From Sporomusaceae bacterium UBA7701 (GTDB lineage: Bacteria > Bacillota > Negativicutes > Sporomusales > UBA7701), in NCBI GenBank assembly GCA_002482545.1, contig DLGF01000020.1:80152-104151 (forward strand): a DNA stretch of 24,000 nucleotides. The letters run 5' to 3'. A program made the translations under genes and the position numbers. The notes under the pieces are model-generated. The model was given only the letters and a program-made list of their open reading frames with translations. It was not told where the DNA came from and did no database searches. This document shows positions 7,812 to 15,593 of the stretch, in pieces; the first letter of the stretch is position 1; each line of letters opens with the position of its first letter.

Positions 7812-9570
7812 ATGCCAAAACAATTACCCGTGACGGCTCCGGATAGGGGCATCAATAAGTATCTGCCGAAGAACCTCATCGACGACCGGGCCTGGAGCGA
7901 CGGCAACAACGTGCATTTCGGCGTCGGATATGCGGAGAAGGTCGGCGGGTGGAAGGAGTTTTTGAACCGTCCCGTCCCTTGGCAGGCGTCCACGGCTTAC
8001 AGCCCGGGCGCTTATATTATGCCCAGCTCTCCTACCGGACACGTCTATCAATGCACGACCGAGGGCACAACCGGTTCCGTGGAACCGGTGTGGCCGGCCA
8101 CCGCCGGCGATACAGCGGCGGACGGCACCGCCGGCTGGACGAATGTGGGAGTCAACCAGCTCAGCGGGATTATTATGGCAATGGACAATTATTATCTGTT
8201 CAACGGCAACAGTTATCTGATGGCCGTCACCACCACCCATTGTTACCGCTACGACCCCGACGCCAATACTTTTGTCGACATCACCAGCGGCACGCCGCTG
8301 AACGGCACGAGCGAGCACCCGGTCATCACCGAAAACGCGCAGAACTGGTTTGTTTTCACTAACGGCGTCGATCCGGTGAAGTACTGGGACGGCGACTTGG
8401 CCCACACCATCGCCGATCTGCCGGGGCTCGACGATGTCGAGGGCGGGGCGACTTCGGTCCGCTGCAAAACGCTCCTCTATTTTCAGAATTTCCTCCTGCT
8501 GGGCGGCACGACGGAGAACGGCACTCCTTTTCCCCAGCGCATCCGGTGGAGCTGTATCGGCGATATCGCCAAATGGAAAAACGTCGCCGGCGACATATCC
8601 CGGTCGGAGGCCGGGTACGGCGACCTGACCGACGACGTGTCCTGGGTGGTCGGCCTTCGCCCGCTGGGCAATTATGTGGCGGTGTATAAGGAGCGCGCCA
8701 TTCAACTCATGAATTACGCCGGAGGGGCGACCATCTGGAACAAGTGGCCGGCATTCATCGGCACCGGGCTGCTTTCGGCCAAGGCGCTGGTCGACCTGGG
8801 AGACGAACACATCTTTGTGGGCAACGACAATATTTACAGCTTCAACGGCCGGGAGCCGAGCATCGCCGGCGACGATGCGGCCAAGGAGTTCTTCCGCGTC
8901 CTGGACCCGGACAAATACGGCCTTATCGCGGGTTTTTACGTCGAGGAGGTGCCGGAACTTTGGTTTGCCTTTCCATCGACTTCCAGCCCGGACGGCCACC
9001 CGGACAAGGCCATTGTCTACAACACCGACACCAAAGCATGGTCGATGCGCGATCTGCCGATGACGGCCTTCGGGTATTACAACCGGCGGGGAGACGGCGT
9101 ATGGGATGCCGACGACGATACCTGGGACAATCATAGCACCGAGTGGGATGCCAGTATAAATCTCGATAACGCGCCGATCAACCTGGCGGGGGGGCGCGGA
9201 CGGCGGCATTTATGTGTTCGAGGGCAACGCCAAGGACGGGGCTTCCGTGCCCATCGACAGTTTCCTGACCACCAAGCTGTTCGATTTCGGCGCGCCGGAT
9301 AAAATCAAGAGGCTCCTCAGGATACAGTTCATGATATCCCGCGAGGGGCCTTACTATTTGCCGGTGTATGTCGGGACGGCGGCCAACGTGGACGAGCCGG
9401 TGACGTGGCACGGGCCGTACAATATGAGCCTGGACAAGACGAGCCCGCCGTGGGTCGATGTGGATGTGTCGGCCCGGTATCTGTGCCTTCGCATGGGCAC
9501 CGCGGGCGCGGACGAGCCGTGGCGGCTGACCGGCTACATCCTATATTACGAACTCAGGGGTGGTTACTGA
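7812..9570 (+). pseudogene. Large phage tail/adaptor structural protein (~586 aa if repaired), frameshifted at a G7 tract
   Basis: Frame 1 (7812-9302) reads ...DNAPINLAGG, then nonsense. Removing one G from GGGGGGG (9188-9194) gives ...INLAGGADGGIYVFEGNAKDGASVPIDSF..., joining seamlessly to ORF 9214-9570. The stop overlaps the next gene's ATG. Structural role is inferred from size, position and repeated beta-strand-like motifs. Confidence 0.75.
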
Positions 9571-10205
9571 TGGCGATACCGCAACTCCCTCAGACGCCGA
9601 ATGTCGGGCCGGAGGTGCCGAATACCCTCTGGAAGTGGCTGATCGAGATGGGGAACCGGCTGCGGCAACTGATCGATTTCGCCAATAAGCCTGTTGCGGC
9701 CGGGGTTCCCGCGCATGCCCCGACCCACGCCAGCGGCGGCGGCGACGTGCTGACGCCGTCGGATATCGGGGCGGCTCCGGCGTTTCGCGGTTGCCGAATC
9801 TACAATGAAAGCGGCGGGTCCCAAAGCATAGCGGCAGCAACCAACACGAAGGTTGCCTTTAATACCACCGCTTTTGACACGAATGGTTTTTATGATTCAA
9901 CCACTGATAAGATCGTTATTCCCGCAGGCGTGTCATATGTGGAATTGACCGCAGAAGTAAACTGGACGGGAACATATACGGCAGCAAATTCAAGACGGCT
10001 GGCAGCCATAACAAAAAATGGCGGCAATGTCGCTTTGTCGGCGTGTTCGGCTTCCAACGGGAATACATATCTAAATGTGTCCACCGGACCGATTTCCGTG
10101 TCAGCAGGGGATTATTTTGAATTGTTCGTCTTGGAAAACGATACTGCAGCAAAAACAATCACGCAGGATACTATTACATTTTTGTCGATGAAGGTGCTGG
10201 CATGA
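9570..10205 (+). CDS. Tail fibre protein with a C1q/TNF-like C-terminal domain (start at ATG 9570, not 9405)
   Basis: ATGA overlap with the upstream stop. The motif HAPTHASGGGDVLTPSDIGAA is the H..tH..GG.D.i.p..IGA motif common in phage fibres. The C-terminal ~130 aa (RIYNESGGSQSIAAATNTKVAFNTTAFDTNGFYD...GDYFELFV) looks like a jelly-roll head domain. DNA composition becomes AT-richer from ~9830. Confidence 0.7.
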   Translation: MAIPQLPQTPNVGPEVPNTLWKWLIEMGNRLRQLIDFANKPVAAGVPAHAPTHASGGGDVLTPSDIGAAPAFRGCRIYNESGGSQSIAAATNTKVAFNTTAFDTNGFYDSTTDKIVIPAGVSYVELTAEVNWTGTYTAANSRRLAAITKNGGNVALSACSASNGNTYLNVSTGPISVSAGDYFELFVLENDTAAKTITQDTITFLSMKVLA

Positions 10206-10537
10206 TGGACCTGGCGCAAATGATCGATGACTTTTGCCGGCGCGCGCCCGGCGACTACACACCGGAGCAAATTATCGCCGCCATAAAAGACAATCACATC
10301 CTTGCCGATGATGATTGTTTTATTGTTTTTGCGGCGGTGCAGGACGAAATCCATATGCTTTTCCCCTATGCCCCGCGCGGGAAGTCGATAGAGGCGGTTC
10401 GCCGCAAGTTGGAAGATTTGGCTAGGAGCAACGGGTATAAACGCATTCAGATCATTACGGACCGCGAAAAGGCGTTCGTGCGCAAATTTAAGGACTATCG
10501 CCCGATAGGAGTACTTTTCGAAAAGGAGCTGATCTAA
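10202..10537 (+). CDS. Hypothetical phage protein (111 aa), weak GNAT motif-A-like segment
   Basis: ATGA overlap with the upstream stop. The segment PRGKSIEAVRRKLEDLARSNGYKRIQIITDREKAFVRKF resembles the acetyl-CoA-binding core of GNAT folds, by eye only. Confidence 0.6.
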   Translation: MMDLAQMIDDFCRRAPGDYTPEQIIAAIKDNHILADDDCFIVFAAVQDEIHMLFPYAPRGKSIEAVRRKLEDLARSNGYKRIQIITDREKAFVRKFKDYRPIGVLFEKELI

Positions 10538-11278
10538 TTGGGAAGCCTGTTCGGCAGCAAAACGACAACGACTTCCAAGCAGACCCCGTTTTCCGGCAAG
10601 CAAAAGGACTGGTACGAAGGGTTTCAGCCTTACCTCATGGGGCGGGTCAACAACCCCATCCGCTACGGCGGCGAGACTGCCGCGCCGATCAATCAGACCC
10701 AGTCGGACGCCATCGGCAAGCTGCAGGACAGCGCCGCTAACCGGACGCTGCAGGACTATGCGGAAGGGGCGTATATCGACCCCATGAGCAATCCTTATGT
10801 GACGGCGCAGGCCGACGCCATCCGGCAGGCCGGGCAGGAAGCCTGGGGAGAGCAGGGACGGCAGGTCAACGATTTGTTCAACAAAAACAGCTTCTGGGGC
10901 GGCAGCGCCCATCAGGACCAAGTGGCCAAGACCCAGAAGGATGTCAACCAGTCTACCCAAAACTCCCTGGCCAGTCTCTACGGCAGCGCTTACAATTCCG
11001 GGGTAAACCAGATGCTGAATGCCCAGGGCGCCCGGCAGAGCGCGGCCGAGGCTCTGTTGAACGCGGGCAACACGGAGTATGGCATCGCCGACACCAAGGC
11101 CCAGCGGGACCTGGAGCTGTTCTTCCGGGAACAGGGGCTGGATGAGCAGACCATCCAGGATTACCTCAGCTATTTGGGGCTGGGCAAGAATCCGACCCAA
11201 ACCCAGACGCAAAGCAGCAACGGCCTGGGCGGAGTTTTAGGGTCGCTGGCCGGCGGCTGGGCGAGTACGTGGAAGTGA
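10538..11278 (+). CDS. Hypothetical virion-internal/ejection-type protein (Gln/Ala/Asn-rich, 246 aa)
   Basis: TTG start with SD AAGGAG 9 nt upstream. GC3-rich frame. Low-complexity helical composition and its position in the tail/internal-protein block. Confidence 0.65.
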   Translation: MGSLFGSKTTTTSKQTPFSGKQKDWYEGFQPYLMGRVNNPIRYGGETAAPINQTQSDAIGKLQDSAANRTLQDYAEGAYIDPMSNPYVTAQADAIRQAGQEAWGEQGRQVNDLFNKNSFWGGSAHQDQVAKTQKDVNQSTQNSLASLYGSAYNSGVNQMLNAQGARQSAAEALLNAGNTEYGIADTKAQRDLELFFREQGLDEQTIQDYLSYLGLGKNPTQTQTQSSNGLGGVLGSLAGGWASTWK

Positions 11279-11290
11279 GGTGTTTGAATT

Positions 11291-12052
11291 ATGGCAATAT
11301 CCTTTGCGGATGCCTTTGCCCAGGCGTATGGGCAGGGAATGCAGCGGCGGTGGCTGCAAGAACAGGAGGAAGCGGAGCGCAAGCGGCAAAACGAAGGGGC
11401 CAAGGCGGTTTTGGAGCTCATCAACTCCATGGGCCGGCAGCAGGCCAATGCGGACGCTTCCAGCGGGCTAAATCAGGCCGTATCCGGGTTTAATGCGCTT
11501 AACCCCGATAAGGGCGCGCCGGATTTTTCGTTTCAGACGCCTGACCTTACGCAGCGCCCGGGCGGTAACTGGCAAAGCCCGACCGGCAGCAGCAGTTTAG
11601 CCGGTTTGGCGCAGAGCACTTTCGGCGGGACTCAGCCGCAGTCAGGCAGCCTTGTTTCATTGATGCCGAAAGTCGAGGCCCCCAAATATGATGATGCTTC
11701 GATGTACGGCACGATGGCTAAGGCGCTGGGGCAGGGTGTGGATTATTCGCTTGCGGCGTCGATTATCCCCGGGTATTTTGAAAGGCAAAAGGCTGAAAAA
11801 CTGAAGAATGAACAGCCCGGTGCATTCAAGGAGGAACGGGCATTCTACACGCCGGAAAAGCAAAAGGAGATCAGGGCGGCGGACGGATACGGCGAGGCCC
11901 ATGGCCCGAACCGGCACGGCGGTGGTGCACAGGGAACTGTCAATGCGCAGCAGATTGATGGAATTGTAGCCCAAATTAAAGCGGAAAATCCTGATGCCAC
12001 ATATGGAGAGATTTTCCAATATCTCTATAGCGCATTCGGATATGGTCGGTAA
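11291..12052 (+). CDS. Hypothetical virion-internal protein (253 aa)
   Basis: SD GAGGTG upstream of ATG 11291. Coding-like GC3. No recognisable catalytic motif. Confidence 0.65.
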   Translation: MAISFADAFAQAYGQGMQRRWLQEQEEAERKRQNEGAKAVLELINSMGRQQANADASSGLNQAVSGFNALNPDKGAPDFSFQTPDLTQRPGGNWQSPTGSSSLAGLAQSTFGGTQPQSGSLVSLMPKVEAPKYDDASMYGTMAKALGQGVDYSLAASIIPGYFERQKAEKLKNEQPGAFKEERAFYTPEKQKEIRAADGYGEAHGPNRHGGGAQGTVNAQQIDGIVAQIKAENPDATYGEIFQYLYSAFGYGR

Positions 12053-12064
12053 AGGGGTGATAAA

Positions 12065-13633
12065 ATGCCTAGTTATCCAGAATGGCTAAATTCCTTCCTT
12101 GCTGGAATTAAGCCATGGAAACAGCAACCGGATGAAGAAGCCGCGAAGGTGACTCTTTCTTTGCTGGGCGGCACTGGGCCGAGAGGATTGGCGAAAGACA
12201 GCGGCTCTAACCCAACGCTACCGGCCACTGGCGGCTCCGGGCCGAGAGGGCTGGCGGAAGACAGCGGCTCTAACCCAACGCTACCGGCTACCGGCGGCTC
12301 CGGGCCGGGAGGGTTGGCGAAGGACAGCGGCTCTAACCCAACGCTACCGGCTACCGGCGGCTCCGGGCCGGGAGGGTTGGCGCAGGACATCGGCTTCACC
12401 CCGAAATTTGCCGATCTAGTAAGGGACTTCAGCGAGTGGAGGCAGGGACGAGGGGAGAACTTTCCCGGACTCGTTTACAATATCGGCGAAAACGCAATCG
12501 ATTCTACCGGTAATTGGGCCAAAGTCGCTGTACAAGGTGCGAGGGAGCAGATCAAGCAGGAACGCACGCTCCGCAAAATCGCGGTGGTGGATGAGTTCGG
12601 CAACGCCATCCCGCGTCCCGGCGTCAGTCCTGAAGATGTGGCGGCGCAAGCGGCTCTGGTCAAGCGAGCCCACACCAATTTCATCAACGAAACCCTGAAG
12701 CCCGCGGCGTATATCGCGGGCTTTGCCAATCCCATCGTGGCCCTGCCGTTTATCGCCGCCGACGCTAAAGCTTTGTACGATCAGGGCGGGGCCGGTAATG
12801 TGGTGAAGGAGTTTACCGGCTATACCGCACTGAGGAACGCGACGCAGAACCCCGAAGAGTTTGGCCGGCGATTCTACGAAAAGCCGCTAACGACCGCCGC
12901 CGAATTCGTGCCGGCCGTTTTGCTGGCTAAAGGCGTATATAGCGGGATTCGCGGCAGGGCTGTACCGAGAGAGACGGCAAAAGGAGTAAAACCGGCAGAG
13001 GAAGTTGCACCGAAAACAAGGCCGGAGCAGGCGGCCGCCACGCCTCAAGATCGCAGCGAAATAAGGGCAATATTTGAAAAGTCGAATGAGCTAACGGCAG
13101 TGATTGATGAAGGCTATAAAGTAAGGCCTGTGCAAAAAATAGTCAAAACCGGTGAGCTTGACCAAGTTGAAATACAAGCAATGAAACAAAAAACCGGCAT
13201 GGATTTAGCCGGTTATAGTCGTGAAATAACCTCTGAAAAAATTCGTCATGCAGTTAAAAAACATGGTGGATCTGCAGAAGCGGCACGGGGACAATTACCG
13301 TTGACAAGAAACGATTTTTTGAAAGTCCCCGAAATCGCCCGGGCTGAAAATGTTGTTAAAGTGGACGTAGGAAAAAGACAGCAGCCTCTCATTATATATG
13401 AAAAACCCGTTAACGGTTACCTCTATGTTGTGGAGGAAGTGTTAACAGGCAAGAAAACGTTGCAGTTTTTGTCTATGCGAAAACTAAAGAGGTCTTCTGC
13501 GCGACCAAATGCCGGGGAACCCGGCCCCGTCTCACACGTCCAAGACGTTCGCAGCCTGACCTCCACTTCTAATATATATAAATCAGAAGGCAAAGTCAAT
13601 GGCAATCCGGACCGTAGCCCTCCTTCCACCTGA
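12065..13633 (+). CDS. Polyvalent ejection-type protein: N-terminal region, 21-aa tandem repeats, hydrophobic central segments, C-terminal PBECR-like (barnase/EndoU/colicin-E5/RelE-like) nuclease module
   Basis: SD AAGGGGTG before the ATG. Repeats at 12167-12403. Hydrophobic stretches AAYIAGFANPIVALPFIAA and TTAAEFVPAVLLAKGVY. C-terminal motif ITSEKIRHAVKKHGGSAEAARGQLPLTRNDFLKVPEI...IIYEKPVNGYLYVVEEVL, as I recall it from PBECR-type modules of phage/ICE polyvalent proteins. Confidence 0.7.
   Translation: MPSYPEWLNSFLAGIKPWKQQPDEEAAKVTLSLLGGTGPRGLAKDSGSNPTLPATGGSGPRGLAEDSGSNPTLPATGGSGPGGLAKDSGSNPTLPATGGSGPGGLAQDIGFTPKFADLVRDFSEWRQGRGENFPGLVYNIGENAIDSTGNWAKVAVQGAREQIKQERTLRKIAVVDEFGNAIPRPGVSPEDVAAQAALVKRAHTNFINETLKPAAYIAGFANPIVALPFIAADAKALYDQGGAGNVVKEFTGYTALRNATQNPEEFGRRFYEKPLTTAAEFVPAVLLAKGVYSGIRGRAVPRETAKGVKPAEEVAPKTRPEQAAATPQDRSEIRAIFEKSNELTAVIDEGYKVRPVQKIVKTGELDQVEIQAMKQKTGMDLAGYSREITSEKIRHAVKKHGGSAEAARGQLPLTRNDFLKVPEIARAENVVKVDVGKRQQPLIIYEKPVNGYLYVVEEVLTGKKTLQFLSMRKLKRSSARPNAGEPGPVSHVQDVRSLTSTSNIYKSEGKVNGNPDRSPPST
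12167..12403 (+). repeat. 63-bp in-frame tandem repeat, 3 full copies plus one partial (GGSGP(R/G)GLA(K/E)DSGSNPTLPAT)
   Basis: Copies at 12167-12229, 12230-12292 and 12293-12355, with a partial copy at 12356-12403. Copies 2 and 3 are almost identical at the DNA level. Confidence 0.95.
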
Positions 13634-13857
13634 CTGCATTAAAGAATTATAAAGAGGCTCTCACTGTCACCGGTGGGGGTTACGGTTCGCGCGGTGCTAC
13701 GCATCCCGAGCATATGCGTACTCGTCCCGGAACGGAGGAAGCCTCTCTAATAAAGGACATTTCCGGTCCTTCTGCCAATACCTCCGAAAGACGATCTCAA
13801 GGGCAAGAAAGCGCAGAGCAAGTAAGGCACCATGCTATGCAGGCCGAGGGGCGGCCA

Positions 13858-14334
13858 ATGATAAAAAAAGAGGTAAAGAATTCCTCGTCACTAAGTCAGG
13901 AGAAGGTGGATTCTTTTGTCGACGAGTCGTTGGTGCGACACGGTCCCCGCAGGTATTTGCCGCTGTCTATCGTTAGACCGGAAGAGGCGGCACGAATAAA
14001 AGAACTTACCGGAGTGGACACCACGGGGTTCAGGCATGAAATCAACAATCACGACTTAAGGCACGCAATCAAACAGCATGGCGATCCTGTCAGAGAGGCA
14101 GCTGTTGGACAACTGCCAATAACACAAAAGGACTTGAAGATGATTCCTCAAGTCCTCAGAGAGTATGATCAAATTTTACCAGGCAGCCCCAATGTTAACG
14201 GTAAGTCGGTCCGCTATGTAAAACGGGTGAACGGCCATATTATCGTCGCGGAAGTCTTACGCGAAGAACGCAAAACAATGGCGGTAAAAACAATATGGAA
14301 GAAGCCCGCTAGCGTAAGTCATGACACCCCGTGA
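13858..14334 (+). CDS. Stand-alone PBECR-like nuclease-module protein, paralogue of the C-terminus of 12065-13633 (the ORF is open from 13714)
   Basis: INNHDLRHAIKQHGDPVREAAVGQLPITQKDLKMIPQV...VRYVKRVNGHIIVAEVL aligns colinearly with the upstream protein's C-terminal domain. SD GAGGGG lies 6 nt before ATG 13858. Confidence 0.65.
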   Translation: MIKKEVKNSSSLSQEKVDSFVDESLVRHGPRRYLPLSIVRPEEAARIKELTGVDTTGFRHEINNHDLRHAIKQHGDPVREAAVGQLPITQKDLKMIPQVLREYDQILPGSPNVNGKSVRYVKRVNGHIIVAEVLREERKTMAVKTIWKKPASVSHDTP

Positions 14335-14411
14335 AGGGATAATCCTTCCTTATACGTCCACCTAGGGAGCACAGCCCCTACCACCCGAACGTAGCGCGAC
14401 TTCTTCGAAAC

Positions 14412-14440
14412 ATTATACCCGAAATTAGCGAAACTATCAA
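14412..14440 (-). promoter_or_regulatory. Near-consensus sigma-70 promoter pointing antisense into the 3' end of the PBECR paralogue
   Basis: - strand: TTGATA (14435-14440), 17 nt spacer, TATAAT (14412-14417). Confidence 0.3.
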
Positions 14441-14764
14441 CGGCGAAGGCGATCGCAGATGGAAAACATGAATAAACTACTGTTGGTAGAGCGCCCACCC
14501 CTACAGCCTTAACTCGGCCAAGGCTCCGATTTGTACGGTTCGCCCCAAAATGCCGAGGGGGGGAACCGCCCAGGGCGGTATAGGCAACAGTAGTTCCATC
14601 ACCAATATAAATCCGTTCGTTCAAATAGTCAAGGAAACTCCCGACGGCATTCGCGGCGGACGGTTGGAAGCGGCTTCCAATCATTTTGGCGATAAGTTAT
14701 AATATTCATACAGGTTGTTTTAGGGACGGTTAGCCACACCCTTTTGCGAAAGGGGGTGGTGCTT

Positions 14765-14839
14765 ATGACTACATATGAGGCGTTGTCTTTTGCGATAGCA
14801 TTTGCCACGTTGATTGTGTTGATCATAAAAAAGAAGTAA
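14765..14839 (+). CDS. 24-aa holin-like small hydrophobic toxin (Hol-Tox-type peptide)
   Basis: MTTYEALSFAIAFATLIVLIIKKK*. Strong SD GGGGGTGGTG 3-4 nt... upstream (ATG 14765). The SD can pair with ccacaccc (14734-14741). Not in the ORF track because it is too short. Confidence 0.55.
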   Translation: MTTYEALSFAIAFATLIVLIIKKK

Positions 14840-14983
14840 CCGCGCCCGGCTAAGGATTGCGGTTACTCTTAAGGACATTCTTTTGGGCTAACCGTTTCCG
14901 GCTAGACAACCTGTAGGGGCTGGCGTGTATCGAGCACGTCAGTCCTTTTACTATATTGTACTCAGTTTCCCGAAAATATTCAA
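14826..14983 (-). ncRNA. Predicted antisense small RNA (promoter, ~120-nt transcript, terminator) overlapping the 3' end of the toxin ORF
   Basis: - strand promoter: TTGAAT (14978-14983), 17 nt spacer, TACAAT (14955-14960). The hairpin GTAACCGC...GCGGTTAC (14836-14866) is followed on the - strand by TTCTTTTTTAT, which is the complement of the toxin's KKK codons. Confidence 0.35.
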
Positions 14984-14992
14984 GCGGTGTTG

Positions 14993-15025
14993 CGGAAAAG
15001 AGACGGTCAGCCCGTCTCTTTTCCG
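14993..15025 (+). terminator. Perfect 14-bp stem-loop (insulator/terminator) between the toxin locus and the lysis cassette
   Basis: cggaaaagagacgg-tcagc-ccgtctcttttccg. There is no long U tail after it, so its function as a terminator is uncertain. Confidence 0.45.
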
Positions 15026-15146
15026 TTGGGGGTTCGCCGGCGAATGCTTCGATAGAGAACACCGGTTTTGTTTCGTATTACCCTAAAGGAGGTGGTCCTA
15101 ATGGAAGAATGGGGAAAACAGGGGAGAAGAGAGAGGAGGCGCAAAG

Positions 15147-15593
15147 ATGGAATACACACAGACGGAACTTAAGCTTTGGGCGGCCTGTTCCGCGGCGGGC
15201 GCGGCGCTGTCGTTTCTGATCGGCGGCTTTGACGCGCCGGTGAAGGCGCTCTTGGTGCTGATCGGCGTCGATTACGCCACCGGAATCCTCGCCGCCTGGA
15301 AAACGGGCATGCTGAGCAGCCAGCAGGGCTTTCACGGGCTAGGAAAAAAGGTCGCGATCGTCGCCATCGTGGCGTTTGCCAATATGCTGGATCTTTCGAT
15401 GGCGCTGAATCATACGCTGCGGTCGATGGCCATATTCGGGTTTGCCGGCATGGAGGGCATGAGCATCATTGAAAATGCCGACCGGGCCGGATACGGGGCG
15501 TATGTCCCGCAGTTTATCCGCGACAGGCTCCTGCAGCTCAGGCAGGAGAAGGGGCTTAGCCAGCCGGGAGGGAGCGACAAAAGCAAATGTTAG
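15147..15593 (+). CDS. Phage holin (holin_4_1 / toxin-secretion holin family)
   Basis: SD AGGAGG 7 nt before the ATG. Three hydrophobic helices plus the signature DYATGILAAWKTG...SSQQGFHGLGKKV...SIIENADRAG. Confidence 0.9.
   Translation: MEYTQTELKLWAACSAAGAALSFLIGGFDAPVKALLVLIGVDYATGILAAWKTGMLSSQQGFHGLGKKVAIVAIVAFANMLDLSMALNHTLRSMAIFGFAGMEGMSIIENADRAGYGAYVPQFIRDRLLQLRQEKGLSQPGGSDKSKC

Noticed and set aside
7824-9209. A 461-aa - strand ORF opposite the tail protein gene.
   Set aside because: A shadow ORF in GC-rich DNA with no SD and an implausible composition.
10112-11212. A 366-aa - strand ORF spanning three + strand genes.
   Set aside because: It crosses gene boundaries of well-supported + strand genes that have SDs. 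Its Leu/Gly/Arg-rich composition is that of a shadow frame.
12167-12403. Regularly spaced repeats considered as a possible CRISPR array.
   Set aside because: The units are contiguous with no spacers and lie in frame within a long coding ORF. They form a Gly/Ser/Pro protein linker, and no cas genes are present.
14319-14684. A 121-aa - strand ORF in the non-coding island after the nuclease paralogue.
   Set aside because: No SD, and it overlaps the 3' end of the + strand gene. The region is better explained as decayed module tail plus regulatory RNA signals.
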